A stretch of 64,000 nt of DNA from Planctomycetota bacterium. GTDB taxonomy: Bacteria; Planctomycetota; UBA11346. The notes below the pieces were generated by a model. That model was not told the origin of the DNA and searched no databases. It saw only the letters and a list, made by a program, of their open reading frames with translations. Below, in pieces: positions 1 through 11,246 of the stretch. The translations under genes were made by a program, and so were the position numbers. Within the stretch, counting starts at the first letter, position 1. Each line of letters begins with the position of its first letter. The stretch covers positions 2,034-66,033 of the forward strand of contig JADGDD010000002.1 of assembly GCA_016745075.1 (NCBI GenBank), read 5' to 3'.

Positions 1-739
1 AGGGTTTAACTACCTTTTATTACTTGATATACAGAGGAAAAATATTTTTGATATTCATGGATATACCTCAGCTTACTTGTGTGAATTTCTTTGCCGAACT
101 TTCTTGTTTTCTTCTCAGCCATTGGAGCCACCGCATTGGTGCTTTTCGACCGGTTCAGGTTTTATATTCTCTCATGTAATGACGACGAGCGCGGATGGCT
201 ACAATCAGTCAATCGACCATTTGAAAAAAACAGTCGGTGAACAAATGGGCTGGGAGGATACACCTTTTGCTTTGTTTTTTTCGGAGGCATGAAGAAAGCT
301 CAGTGCTGGTCAATGTCGAGCGAGAAGCTTTTACTCATATTTATCAGTGCTGTGAACACATAACCAGCGAACCGCCGCGCGTATAGTATATGTAACTACC
401 GCTTTGTTGCAGTGGACATGACAAAGCTTGCAAGCTGTTCGCAAAGAATTTCGTAGTCCCCAAAATGCAAAAAAGACGAACAGCTGGAGCACCACTTGTT
501 GATTGCGGTTATCCATCACGATGAATGTTTCAGGAGGTTGTTGCCAGTGGAGCTGAATATTTTATTCGTGTACCAACGGAAAAAAGTGGCAGCTTCAAAG
601 AAGTTCGCCAGTTTGCTGAAGACGAACATGCGTGGGATCGTGTTATCAAATTCTCTTAGTGTGCTTACAGGTCCATACTTGGTAGACATACATATTACAT
701 GTGTGGATAATCTATTAGAGATTCGATGTCAGTATTTTT

Positions 740-1440
740 TTAAAACTCGATTGATTGAAGAGCTTGTTGTTTGTGAATAGGGCCTTCAATTGCTTCGACA
801 AGTTGTTTGCCGCGTTCGGGGTCTCTTTTTGTAACGTAGCCGGCCCAATGTGCTAATGAACTTTGTCCTTTTGAGTTCTTTTTACTCGATAGCATGCGAG
901 TTGTGCAGGTTTCATAAAAAAGGTTATATATTTCCCAGAATATGTTGTCTGTACATTTTGTTACTGCCCCTAATAAATAATTGAGGGCATCGGATTTGCG
1001 TACTGGGCTATCATCTGTTTGGATAATGGTGAGCAAATTGTGTATTTGATCATACGCTTCATTAGTAAAGCCTAGTTGTACCATGACTTTAATTGGCCAT
1101 GATGAAGCGGTAACTATTCGGTTAGGATTGTCACATTTGAGTGCTGATTTTAATGCGTTATTTAATAGCTGAAGCTGATGTTGAGTGGATGGGGCATAGA
1201 GTGCTGCATTACTTAGTGACTGGCAGCGAAACCACGGAATTTAATAGCTGAAGCTGATGTTGAGTGGATGGGGCATAGAGTGCTGCATTACTTAGTGACT
1301 GGCAGCGAAACCACGGATCTTTTATTGTGTAGCCAAGTTCGCTGGCTGCTCGCCAGTTTGTAGGGGCTAATTTACTTGCTATTTTTCTTGCGGCTGTTGG
1401 GTTGATTGTTATTCAACAGTACTGTCGAGGGTAATGAGTA
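740..1440 (-). pseudogene. Disrupted gene of unknown function. The reading frame of ORF 740..1084 continues upstream through 1085-1400 but is frameshifted by a 79-bp tandem duplication.
   Basis: Hand translation of the minus strand upstream of 1084 reads in frame into MVQLGF (…SSWPIKVMVQLGF…). The upstream segment resembles the ORF internally (ELGYTIKDPW vs WAGYVTKRDPE). The duplicated unit is 79 nt, which is not a multiple of 3, so a stop appears inside the second copy. Confidence 0.5.
1162..1319. repeat. Two direct tandem copies of a 79-bp unit (1162-1240 and 1241-1319). They are identical except for the last 2 nt.
   Basis: Copy 1 reads ttaatagctgaagctgatgttgagtggatggggcatagagtgctgcattacttagtgactggcagcgaaaccacgga. 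It repeats immediately afterwards. Confidence 0.9.
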
Positions 1441-2047
1441 CAAGGTATTGTGATTTTTATCACATATAGGTTGAAAGGAGCTTATATGCCAGAGGCATGT
1501 GATGTAAATAAAGTATAATTCTATGCGGTTTATACAACAGAGCTTCAAGATTTCCTCGAGTTTGTCTGGTGATCGTTGTAGACACTATAATTCTTCCTAC
1601 TTTAAGTTGGAAGCGATAACACTCACTGAAAAGAGAAGATCCGTCGTTTCTCAACTGATCTTGGCATAGCAGAGAGTCTCTTGAGCAGGTGGGAACAAAA
1701 GGTTGATGAACTTGGCGCAGCAGATTTTTCGATAACAGAAGATCGTAATGATGTTGGAGCAGAGCTGAAAAGTTGCGCTCAGAAAACTGTGTCCTGAAGA
1801 TGAAGTGAGAGATCTTTTAAAAGCGGCAACCTTCTTTATGAAGGAGAGTCTATGAAATACGTATTCATTAAAGAATATCATTTTATCTAGACCATTATCT
1901 GTATGTGTTATAGGTTTTGACATCAGGGGTTATTATGTACCTAACAGTCCACAATTTCTTGAAGGCCGTAAGCTACGCATCAATTGGCCATAAGTTCATA
2001 GGGTGTATATCTTGAGAATCTAACTTATAGAGGGTACACATTTAAAT

Positions 2048-3154
2048 TTATGCTATAATTTTCATGATAACGTCTTTTATTTCTTGGTCATTAACTGGTC
2101 GTGGATTAAACTTGGTAGCGCCATTTTGTGTTTCAATGACAATTTGATCCATATCCGTTACTGTTTCGGCGGCAATTTGTAAACTGATGTTAAAAGAGGT
2201 ATTCATATCATTAATATAATCAATGATATCCTTACCAACAAGTTTAGACAGTTTTTTGTATTTTTCTTCTATACACGATTTATTGACTTCTAAAACTAGC
2301 GGTAGGAAGATTGCACAAAGAAGGCCGTGTGGTATGCGGGTTCTACTGCCCAGTGGGTGAGCAATGCCATGTACCAAGCCAAGTTTTGCATTTGCAAGAG
2401 CCACACCTGCCAAATAACTGCCTTCCATGACCTGTTGTGCAAGATTTGCGTCATAGTTTTTGAACAGTGACGGCAAAGCATTGGTGATGCAACGCATAGC
2501 ATTTTCTGCAATGCTGTCTGTTAAAGAAGTTGTACAGTTGCTTGTATATGCTTCTATGGCTTGAGTAAATGCATCCATACCTGTGTGTGCGAGCAAAGAT
2601 GCAGGGGCCCCTTTCAGCAGTTCTCCATCAAGAATAACGAGGTTTGCCATTTGTCCTGGATGAATAATTGGTTTTTTGATTTGTGTGTCATCGTTGATAA
2701 AAACAGCGGCGGGTGTTGCTTCTGCGCCTGTGCCAGCAGTTGTAGGAACGGCTATAAGCGGTATACCGCTCGAAAAAGTTGCCTCTGCATTATGATAAGC
2801 AAGTGTGTTTTCTGGTGCACAAATAAGTGCGGCAACAACTTTCGTGAGATCAAGTACACTACCGCCGCCAATGCCAGCAACCCAGTCTACGTTGAGGTTT
2901 TCTGCTTTTTTGCGCATGTCATCCAAAATAGCAACGGTTGGTTCTACGTTTCCAACGTATGAAAGGTACTGTACATTTAAGCCATCGGGCGTATTGGCTT
3001 GAAGCTTTTTCAATGATCCACTGCGTTCATAAGAAGGAGCATAAATAATAAGCCCTTTTTTACCAAAAGCTTGAGCTTCTGCTAAAAGGTTTTGAGATGC
3101 ACCAAGTTGAGAGATGGTGCGTGCCGGTAAAAGCATGTTTTTTGGGAGAGTCAT
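2048..3154 (-). CDS. Iron-containing (group III) alcohol dehydrogenase family protein
   Basis: GIGGGSVLDLTK NAD-binding/Fe-ADH signature. Conserved His-rich metal site (GLVHGIAHPLG). 368 aa. Lies 13 bp downstream of the FAD-oxidoreductase gene, so probably the same operon. Confidence 0.8.
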   Translation of the reverse strand: MTLPKNMLLPARTISQLGASQNLLAEAQAFGKKGLIIYAPSYERSGSLKKLQANTPDGLNVQYLSYVGNVEPTVAILDDMRKKAENLNVDWVAGIGGGSVLDLTKVVAALICAPENTLAYHNAEATFSSGIPLIAVPTTAGTGAEATPAAVFINDDTQIKKPIIHPGQMANLVILDGELLKGAPASLLAHTGMDAFTQAIEAYTSNCTTSLTDSIAENAMRCITNALPSLFKNYDANLAQQVMEGSYLAGVALANAKLGLVHGIAHPLGSRTRIPHGLLCAIFLPLVLEVNKSCIEEKYKKLSKLVGKDIIDYINDMNTSFNISLQIAAETVTDMDQIVIETQNGATKFNPRPVNDQEIKDVIMKIIA

Positions 3155-3166
3155 TGTCGTTATTCC

Positions 3167-4414
3167 TTAGTGTCCGTTTGCGGTTTTATCAACTTGTTCT
3201 GGTTGGAATCGTGCAGCAAGGTCTTTCCAGTTTGTTCCATAGCAATCTGAAAAAGTGCAGTAATGTTTTTTGCTGCGCAGTGTTTTTCGAAGCTCTTCGG
3301 TGGTGAGTGTATGTGGGGTGCATTTTTTGGTAACACTCATGGCTGCTGCTGTTCCAGCGATTTCACCTGTGAGTGCAACAACATTGATTAAACGAGAATC
3401 GTTCCATGCCCAATTCCGAGAATCAATACAACGGCCTGCCATTAATAAGCCGTCGATTTTTTCTGGTAACAAAGAACCGTATGGTAGTTCCCACATTTGG
3501 TTACGAACGGCAGGGTTTGTGGTTGAAGGGTAGATGGCAACAGAGTCATCTCGTTCTCTCCAGATATCATCACCATCAATGGTGCTGCGTCCTATAATGC
3601 CACGTGTCATGCGAGTGCTAGCCATGGTTGGTAGAATAGCAGGAAAATGATTGTGCCGTCCGTGTTCAGCCTGTTTTTCTTTTGTGTGCATCAATGCCAA
3701 CTCATGTGTTCTACTTACTAATTGACTGGTAGTGGCGCCATCTACTCCCGACATCATTGATATGTGGTTTGCAGGATCAGGGTCGGCTACTACTTTTACT
3801 CTTAAAAGACTACTCGCATCATCTTCAGAGACTGCTTTTTTTGCAGCATTTAAACTTGTATAGAGGTACCAGAAATTCATTCGGTTTTGTCCGACATGAA
3901 TTTTTGCACCTGATGCTACTGCAAGATCTGCATCTCCAGTGGCATCAACGAAACAGTGTGCGGAAAGATGTGTAGTACCGCTTTTATTGTATACAGAAAT
4001 AGAGTTTAATTGGTTATTTTCCAGATGGGTGTTGGTAACAATAGTGTCAAACCAAACATCAATTTTAGCACCTTTTAGCAACTCAAAGAGCGCTAACATA
4101 AAGGCAGCAGGAGTAAAATGTGCCATAAGCCGTGCTTTACTGTCGTTGAGTTTCCAGTCTGGGTCTATATTGCCGGGACCATAAGCGAGACTCATATTAA
4201 GCAGCTCATCAGCAATGCCATGAATGACTTGTTTGCCATAACCATCACACAAAGGAGGGTACCACAAGACATTACCAGCAGTGGCGAGACCTCCACAGAC
4301 AACATATTTTTCTATGAGAATCACTTTATGACCATGACGTGCTGCAGCCAAAGCTGCAGAAACACCGGCGATGCCAGCGCCAGCAATGATAATGTCTGCA
4401 TGCGTATTCTTCAT
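3167..4414 (-). CDS. FAD-dependent oxidoreductase
   Basis: N-terminal Rossmann dinucleotide motif IIIAGAGIAGVSAALAAARHGHKVILIEK. 415 aa. Confidence 0.7.
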   Translation of the reverse strand: MKNTHADIIIAGAGIAGVSAALAAARHGHKVILIEKYVVCGGLATAGNVLWYPPLCDGYGKQVIHGIADELLNMSLAYGPGNIDPDWKLNDSKARLMAHFTPAAFMLALFELLKGAKIDVWFDTIVTNTHLENNQLNSISVYNKSGTTHLSAHCFVDATGDADLAVASGAKIHVGQNRMNFWYLYTSLNAAKKAVSEDDASSLLRVKVVADPDPANHISMMSGVDGATTSQLVSRTHELALMHTKEKQAEHGRHNHFPAILPTMASTRMTRGIIGRSTIDGDDIWRERDDSVAIYPSTTNPAVRNQMWELPYGSLLPEKIDGLLMAGRCIDSRNWAWNDSRLINVVALTGEIAGTAAAMSVTKKCTPHTLTTEELRKTLRSKKHYCTFSDCYGTNWKDLAARFQPEQVDKTANGH

Positions 4415-4584
4415 CTGAATTACTCCCTGTTGTTCTGTGATAGCTGTGCTGGATATTCGTGTGAGGTAAGAGGTGTTTACATAGCTTAGCTCTTTCGTAT
4501 TGCGCTCTAAATTATAACAAGACCACCCTTTGCTTTCATCTTGAATTATGTTGCACTATTCTGGACATTTGTGTATGTTGGAGT

Positions 4585-5415
4585 ATGTCTACAAAACAGA
4601 AGATAGAAGTTCACACCGTTGTTCGTCAGCCCATTCACGGAGCGGAAGACTTACCTATAGGCGTCTTTATGGTTGCACATCGTTATGCAGAGGCCCCGTT
4701 TCGTAAGATTATTCCAGCAGCAGATCAGATGGTTCTTAACTGGACAATTTCAGGAACGGTGCGAGTCAATCATTGTGATGAACAGTTTGATATGAGCTCA
4801 GGAGATGCTTTTTTATGCAAACCCAATGAATTCTTCTCTTACGATGTGCAGAGTGAGGCTTGGGAGTCTCGTTGGATAGCATTTGATGGCCGCTTTTTCT
4901 CTGAGTGGATGGATACAACTCAGATAAACCATCATTATCATCCGGGACCGTGTCCCAATGACTTATTTATTTCTCTTGAGTCGCAGTTGTGTAATAGTGG
5001 TCACGGATCTCTTGCACATGCTAATATAACTGCTTTTGCTATTTTAATGCATGCTTTGGGGGCAAGTAAACCAGACTATTTGGATCAAGACGATATAGAT
5101 CGAGCTCAAATTCTTATTGCAGAAAATTTACAGAATGTGAACCTTAATGTGAATTGGCTTATACAACAATTGGAATGTGAACGCACCGCCTTTTCTCGTC
5201 GTTTTTCAAAGCGAACAGGTGAAACACCAATAGTGTATATTACCAATAAACGAATTCATGCGGCAATTGCTCTCTTAAAGACAGGCCATTTGAGCACCGC
5301 AGAAATTGCACATGCTGTCGGCTATCAGGATGCCGATTATTTTAGTCGTATTATTAAAAAGAAAACGGGGTTTACAGCAGGTCAGCATAGAGAAGGTGTA
5401 ATTGCCATATTGTAA
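4585..5415 (+). CDS. AraC family transcriptional regulator. Divergent from the oxidoreductase/ADH operon.
   Basis: C-terminal double HTH typical of AraC/XylS (…FSRRFSKRTGETP…LSTAEIAHAVGYQDADYFSRIIKKKTGFTAGQHRE). Confidence 0.8.
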   Translation: MSTKQKIEVHTVVRQPIHGAEDLPIGVFMVAHRYAEAPFRKIIPAADQMVLNWTISGTVRVNHCDEQFDMSSGDAFLCKPNEFFSYDVQSEAWESRWIAFDGRFFSEWMDTTQINHHYHPGPCPNDLFISLESQLCNSGHGSLAHANITAFAILMHALGASKPDYLDQDDIDRAQILIAENLQNVNLNVNWLIQQLECERTAFSRRFSKRTGETPIVYITNKRIHAAIALLKTGHLSTAEIAHAVGYQDADYFSRIIKKKTGFTAGQHREGVIAIL

Positions 5416-5575
5416 GGATATGGCCGGACCGAAGAGCTATTTATTCATAAGCAATTATTGACGGCTCTTTCTTCGATTAGTGTTTTGTGGCGCAAAAAAA
5501 GTTTGCGAGTTCCTTTGTTTGAGTGTATTCTGGATGTATCTATCCAGATATGTATCTACAACAAAGGACCTGTAT

Positions 5576-8302
5576 ATGTCATTTAAAAATCTCTCAATCA
5601 AATGGAAACTTGTTCTTTTGGCATCCATGTATTCATCTATTCTACTTGGTGTTTTGTTCTATACAGTGGCACAATTAAGTGAGAATAAATCAGACGCGTT
5701 GATTATCAATGTGGCTGGCCGCCAGCGAATGTTGAATCAACGATATGTGAAAGAGATTTTACTTGATTCTATGGGATCTCAGACAGACCCCAGCAAAACG
5801 AAATCTATTTTTATGGATAGCAGAAAAGCTCTTAGGGATGGTGGGGATATTGACATGGGTAAAAAGCGGATGCTTCCCGCAGCCCCAACAGAGGCCTTGA
5901 AGTCTCAGGTTCAGGAACAGATAGAGGAGTCTAACAAGCTCTTTACTATTGTCGATGTATACCAAACATTAAAAGAAAGTGAGGAGATGGCACAGAAGAA
6001 AATACACGAATCTTCAGATGAAGTACATGAAGCTGCTCATGTGGTTGTAAAGCTGTTAAGTGAACAGTCTGCAATGCATACGCTTCTTATTGATTTGGCC
6101 GGTCGTCAACGCATGTTAAATCAGCGATACTTCAAAGAAGTGATCATGAAAAGTGGTGGTGCAGAAATTCAGCCAGAAATAACGCAGGTTCTTTATCAAT
6201 CAACGCTTGAGGCTTTGATTGAAGGCGGAGCGTTAGTGGTCGGTGAAAAGTCAGTGCAAGTGCCGCCAGCCTTAACGGTTTCATTGCGTGAAAAATTAGT
6301 ACAGCAGCGAGAGGGTTTTGCTGGCATTGTGAAAGAGGCGGCGGTGTATGCAGAGGCCCCAACGGCAGAAGGCTTAGCGCAGTTAGAGATTCTTGTGCAG
6401 AAAAATCATGTTGTGGCAAATGCTGCGGTAGGGTTACTAAAAAAAATAACAGTAGAACATGGAGCTGTTATCGCTCAGGCTGGCTCTCAACGAAAATTGA
6501 ATCAAGAGTATGTAAAGCTTGTATTTATGGTACATGCACACCAAGTCGACACAGGATATAGAGAGGTCCAGACAACGTTTGAAAACAATCTCACCCAATT
6601 GATAAAGGGTGCACAAGCGCCAGCACTTATTGTAGCCCTAAATGCTCAGCAAAAAAAAGCAGATGATTTATTTAAAGAATGTGATGCATATATAACCCTT
6701 AAGACAGACACTCTGCAAAAGAGCTTCGCAGATATGATGGAACAGGGGGATAATGTGCATACAGCAGCGCACCAAGCCGTGCTTGATTTTGTTGACCATA
6801 GTGCTGGGAAGTTGGCATCCATGATGTCTATAGAGCAATGGCTGTCTTGGGTAGCGGTAGCAGTAGGAGCAATTATTGTGTGGTTGGTGACGGGCAGCAT
6901 AACCAAGCCTGTGAATGAAACCGTGATTGTCTTAGAGGCAGTAGCGAATGGTGACTTGAGTAAATCTGTAAAAGTTACAACGACAAATGAAATGGGCCGT
7001 ATGGGAACGGCACTTAATACAGCAATAGGAAATACACGAGAAGCCATGGAGGTCAGTGAGGAGGCTAAGTCAGCAGCAGAGGCATCGTCACAAGAAGCAT
7101 CGCTAGCAAAAGGACAGGCAGAAGAAGCGTTAGCAGGAGCAAAAGAAGCGATGCTCAGTATGCAGCGGATTCAGTCATTGGTTGATAATGCCCCAATTAA
7201 TATTTGTATGACGGATACGCAGGGAGAAATTATTTTTGCAAATCCTGCATCACAAGAATCCTTGGTTGGCATAGCGGCGTATTTACCATCAGAAAATATG
7301 CTTGGCGAGAGTTTTGAGGCAATTATTCAAGATGAAGCTGTTGCTGCGAATATAATAAATGGTTCTGAGTCTTTACCGTATACAAGCAAGGTTGTTTTTG
7401 GAGAAAAGACAGAAGATTTACTTGTAGCAAGTATTAACGATGCGAAGGGGAGCTGTATTGGTTACATGCTAACGTGGTCTGATGTAACAGACCGCTTACG
7501 TTTGTTGGAAACACTTAAAGCAACATCAAACTCTTTATCTATGTCTGCAGGAGAGTTATCTGAATCTTCTGGAGAAATGGCAGCAGCAGCTCAACAAACA
7601 TCGTCACAGGCAGAAGGTGTTGCAGCGGCATCAGAGGAGGCAGATTCGAATACACAAGTGGTGGCCTTGTCTATGACACAGATGACAGAATCTATAGCAG
7701 AAATATCCCGCAGCATTACCAATCAAAATAGCATAATGGGTGATGCCGTTGTGATGGCCCAGAATACAAATGAAACAATAGGGCGTCTCTCTCTTTCAGG
7801 AACTGAAATTGGCAAAGTTATTCGTTTGATCACAGCCATTGCTCAACAAACAAATTTGTTAGCATTAAACGCGACGATTGAATCTGCTCGAGCAGGAGAA
7901 GCCGGTAAAGGGTTTGCTGTTGTAGCCAATGAAGTAAAACACCTTGCGAAACAAACAGAAACCGCAGCAAATGAAATACAGCAGCGTATTGAGTCTATTC
8001 AATCAGACACGAATGACTCTATTACAGCGATACAAGAAATTACAGAGACAATAAACAACGTCAATGATATTTCACAAACAGTTGCTGCGGCTGCAGAAGA
8101 ACAATCTTCCACTGTAGCTGAGATCAATAATAATATTTCTCAGGTTGCAGAAGGGACGAGAGAAATTGCACGCAATATAACGGGAGTTGCTTCCGCAGCA
8201 AGTTCAAGTGGAGAAATAGCAACGTCTCTTCAATCAAACTCTGTTGGTTTAACAGGGCTTGCGGATAATTTGCAAGGTCTCATTAACGATTTTACTGTGT
8301 AG
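5576..8302 (+). CDS. Methyl-accepting chemotaxis protein. Periplasmic region has three PilJ/NarX-type repeats, then TM, HAMP, a PAS-like region and the MCP signalling domain.
   Basis: Three copies of the [11 protein letters not shown](V/F)KE box. TM segment ([17 protein letters not shown]). Highly conserved MCP hairpin [34 protein letters not shown]. Probable start is M at 5576 (MSFKNLS…), not 5480. Confidence 0.85.
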   Translation: MSFKNLSIKWKLVLLASMYSSILLGVLFYTVAQLSENKSDALIINVAGRQRMLNQRYVKEILLDSMGSQTDPSKTKSIFMDSRKALRDGGDIDMGKKRMLPAAPTEALKSQVQEQIEESNKLFTIVDVYQTLKESEEMAQKKIHESSDEVHEAAHVVVKLLSEQSAMHTLLIDLAGRQRMLNQRYFKEVIMKSGGAEIQPEITQVLYQSTLEALIEGGALVVGEKSVQVPPALTVSLREKLVQQREGFAGIVKEAAVYAEAPTAEGLAQLEILVQKNHVVANAAVGLLKKITVEHGAVIAQAGSQRKLNQEYVKLVFMVHAHQVDTGYREVQTTFENNLTQLIKGAQAPALIVALNAQQKKADDLFKECDAYITLKTDTLQKSFADMMEQGDNVHTAAHQAVLDFVDHSAGKLASMMSIEQWLSWVAVAVGAIIVWLVTGSITKPVNETVIVLEAVANGDLSKSVKVTTTNEMGRMGTALNTAIGNTREAMEVSEEAKSAAEASSQEASLAKGQAEEALAGAKEAMLSMQRIQSLVDNAPINICMTDTQGEIIFANPASQESLVGIAAYLPSENMLGESFEAIIQDEAVAANIINGSESLPYTSKVVFGEKTEDLLVASINDAKGSCIGYMLTWSDVTDRLRLLETLKATSNSLSMSAGELSESSGEMAAAAQQTSSQAEGVAAASEEADSNTQVVALSMTQMTESIAEISRSITNQNSIMGDAVVMAQNTNETIGRLSLSGTEIGKVIRLITAIAQQTNLLALNATIESARAGEAGKGFAVVANEVKHLAKQTETAANEIQQRIESIQSDTNDSITAIQEITETINNVNDISQTVAAAAEEQSSTVAEINNNISQVAEGTREIARNITGVASAASSSGEIATSLQSNSVGLTGLADNLQGLINDFTV

Positions 8303-8559
8303 CTGTTCCGACAATAATATTTGTCAGAACCTCGCTCTGTTATGTGTTAAAGAACTTTTCTCTATTTAGAACGATTGTATCGTAAAGTATTATGATGTAA
8401 GTTTGGCGTTGTTAGCAAAAAATGCAGGAAAGGATTTTGGCTCGAAGTAAAAGCATTAAGCACAGAACATCGAATATAATACGATGTTTATGAGCGATGC
8501 TTAACTGAGTAGCATAGAATATTATTGGTAACTAAATAACAGATTTGTCTGTTATTTAG

Positions 8560-9357
8560 TTACAGTGACTGACGCCATTGTTTGGGTGATAGACCGTAGC
8601 GAGAACGGAACTGTTTACTGAAAGAAAATATATCGGAATAGCCAACTTCTTCAGCGATAGATGTGATGCTAATCCGACTATTGTTCAATAGGTGGCAAGC
8701 TCGCTCTAGGCGAGCCTGTACGATAAATGCTTTAGGGCTGCACCCATGTACTCGGCGAAAAACTCGAATAAAATGACTATGGCTCAACTGAAAATTGGTG
8801 GCGAGGTCACTGACTAGAGTGATATCTTCGGGACTACGGCGAATATCGTCACCGAGATGGCGTAGAGCTTGAGTCAGTGGATTTTCTTCATACCGGGCAT
8901 GTTTTAGGCTGAGTTCGTTCAGGAGACTTGCCAGCCACATACGAGATTCATCATCATTTGGGCCGCTATGGGTGGCCTCCCAAAGGCGCTGAATCATGGT
9001 TTCGATGAAAGAGGGTTCACGGAAAAAGGCATGCATGCCCGTATGGTTAGCATTTGGTAGTAGGCCGTGGAGAATATCGAAATGAAAAAAAGATATAAAA
9101 GATGGTTTATCCCCATGAAGAATGTCACAGTCAGTGTTCGGCGGGATAAGCAGCATACTACCGCGGCGTAAGGGAGTGCGTATTGAATCGTTAAGAGTCA
9201 ATGTTGCCTCGCCTTCTGAAAGAAACCAAAGATCCCAATCAGTAAATTTTTCGTCTCGGGGGGTAGCCCAAGACCATTTAGCAGGCAAGAGAACTCTCCC
9301 TATGCGAGGCTTGATTAGAATTTGCTCGGGAAGTATCGTCATGCTCAATTCTGACAA
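8560..9357 (-). CDS. AraC family transcriptional regulator (cupin-like sensor plus HTH)
   Basis: C-terminal AraC HTH (…FIRVFRRVHGCSPKAFIVQARLERACHLLNNSRISITSIAEEVGYSDIFSFSKQFRSRYGLSPKQWRQ). Divergent from the GH2 gene. Confidence 0.8.
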   Translation of the reverse strand: MSELSMTILPEQILIKPRIGRVLLPAKWSWATPRDEKFTDWDLWFLSEGEATLTLNDSIRTPLRRGSMLLIPPNTDCDILHGDKPSFISFFHFDILHGLLPNANHTGMHAFFREPSFIETMIQRLWEATHSGPNDDESRMWLASLLNELSLKHARYEENPLTQALRHLGDDIRRSPEDITLVSDLATNFQLSHSHFIRVFRRVHGCSPKAFIVQARLERACHLLNNSRISITSIAEEVGYSDIFSFSKQFRSRYGLSPKQWRQSL

Positions 9358-9410
9358 AAAATGTGCAGTGGCAACATGGAAATGGTAGGGTGATGTTGGT
9401 ATACTTATAA

Positions 9411-11246
9411 GTGAATAGCGCAGGAACCGTGAGTGAATGCGCCCAAGGAGTTATCATGGTCATGACCCATTTCCCTCATATATATCCGCAGGTAACAGAA
9501 ACAAGGACGGCGCAAGAGTTGAGCGGTTTTTGGAAGATCGTATTTGATTACGACAATCAAGGAGAAACTGTCTATGGTGCATGTACTGCCATTCCAGATG
9601 AAGCAGTGTCCGTCGCTGTTCCCGGTTCCTATAATGACCAATTTATAGAAAAGCGTGTTCGTGATTATGTTGGCGCAGTCTGGTATTATAAAGAAATTGT
9701 AATAAGTGGAGAAAAAGACCGGCATAATTTTTTGCGTTTTGGTTCGGCTAATTATACTGCCAAAGTTTTTCTTGATGGTGTGTATATTGGTGGTCATTCA
9801 GGCGGTCATTTACCTTTTACCCTTTTCATTCCAGATTGTTATAGTGGTAAAAAAGTATTGCTGACAGTTATGGTCGATAATAATTTGACCTTGGAAACTA
9901 TTCCTCCAGGCCAACGATGTGATTATACAGTTGAAAAAGATGGTGTATCGATACCTAAGTTGGAATATCATTTTGATTTTATGCATTACTGCGGTTTAAA
10001 CCGCAAGGTGTGGTTACTCAGTACCCCTTCTGTCTATACAACAGATAGCACGATTTGCACAAATTGTATTTCAGAGGAAGGTACGGCAACTATGTCATAT
10101 GATATACGTGTTCATGGCACGATAGACTCTGTTTGCATGCGTCTGTTGTATAAAGGACGAGAAGTCGCATGTGTGGAAGATGCAGGCAAGTCTGGCACCA
10201 TCACCGTAGAGAAGGCTGTATTGTGGGAGGTGGGCGTTGGAGGATTGCATGATTGGGTTATAGATTTGTATCGGAATGGTACATTACTCGATACAATGAC
10301 TGAACGTATTGGTATCAGAACGGTGCGGTTGAAAGGAACTCAGTTTTTAGTGAATGATAAGCCTGTTCATTTTTCCGGTTTTTGTCGACATGAAGATTTT
10401 CATGTATTTGGCCGCTATTTACCCGAGAATGTTCTTATTCGTGATTTTGAACTTATGGGTTGGACTGGTGCCAATTCATTCCGCACTTCACACTACCCAT
10501 ATAGTGAAGAGCATATGGCTATTGCTGATGAACAAGGCTTTATGGTTATTAACGAAACAGCCGCAGTGGGTATGAATGAATGGAATAATGCAGGGGCATC
10601 TTGGTTTGATTCTGATTACGCAAATGAAAATTCTCTTATTAATCACAAAGAGCATTTACGTGAACTCATACAACGAGATAAGAACCGTGCATGTGTGGTT
10701 ATGTGGTCTATTTCTAATGAAGCATCTACATCTGATAAAAAAGCACGGCCATATTTTAAAGAACTCGTAAAACTTGCCCGTTCCTTAGATGATCGGCCAC
10801 TAACCAACGTTTCATTTAAAAGGATTGAGCATGAGAACTGTATGGATTTATTTGATGTGGTGTGTTTAAATCGTTATCAAGCATGGTACGGTGCTTGTGG
10901 TGACCTTGAAACTGTAGAGAAAGTATTGGGTGATGAATTGAAGATGTGGTATGAACGCTTTAAGATGCCACTTATCTTATCTGAATATGGCGCCGACACC
11001 ATTGAGGGTGTACATCAATTGCCGAGCCGTATGTTCAGCGAAGAGTTTCAAGCAGAGTTCTTGGAAGAGTATCATCGTGTCTTGGCTCAGTTTGATTTTG
11101 TAATAGGTGAACATGTATGGAATTTTGCTGATTTTATGACCAAACAGGAAGCCTTACGGGTAGTTGGAAATAGAAAAGGTGTTTTTACTCGTGAACGCCA
11201 ACCTAAAATGGCTGCTTACGTATTACGGAAGTTATGGAAGGCATAA
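9411..11246 (+). CDS. Glycoside hydrolase family 2 (beta-glucuronidase/beta-galactosidase-like)
   Basis: GH2 hallmarks: sugar-binding/Ig/TIM-barrel order, NSFRTSHYPY, acid/base region MWSISNEA, nucleophile region LSEYGAD. True start may be the internal M near 9456. Confidence 0.8.
   Translation: MNSAGTVSECAQGVIMVMTHFPHIYPQVTETRTAQELSGFWKIVFDYDNQGETVYGACTAIPDEAVSVAVPGSYNDQFIEKRVRDYVGAVWYYKEIVISGEKDRHNFLRFGSANYTAKVFLDGVYIGGHSGGHLPFTLFIPDCYSGKKVLLTVMVDNNLTLETIPPGQRCDYTVEKDGVSIPKLEYHFDFMHYCGLNRKVWLLSTPSVYTTDSTICTNCISEEGTATMSYDIRVHGTIDSVCMRLLYKGREVACVEDAGKSGTITVEKAVLWEVGVGGLHDWVIDLYRNGTLLDTMTERIGIRTVRLKGTQFLVNDKPVHFSGFCRHEDFHVFGRYLPENVLIRDFELMGWTGANSFRTSHYPYSEEHMAIADEQGFMVINETAAVGMNEWNNAGASWFDSDYANENSLINHKEHLRELIQRDKNRACVVMWSISNEASTSDKKARPYFKELVKLARSLDDRPLTNVSFKRIEHENCMDLFDVVCLNRYQAWYGACGDLETVEKVLGDELKMWYERFKMPLILSEYGADTIEGVHQLPSRMFSEEFQAEFLEEYHRVLAQFDFVIGEHVWNFADFMTKQEALRVVGNRKGVFTRERQPKMAAYVLRKLWKA

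Noticed and set aside
5759-7047. ORFs 5759..5965, 6144..6419 and 6646..7047 on the minus strand
   Set aside because: Antisense to the well-supported MCP gene, with no motifs. Shadow ORFs of a long, compositionally biased gene.
9405-9797. ORF 9405..9797 (-), 130 aa, upstream of/overlapping the GH2 start
   Set aside because: Antisense to the GH2 N-terminus, Cys/Ile-rich with no motifs. More likely spurious. The region is better explained as the divergent AraC/GH2 promoter plus the GH2 5' end.
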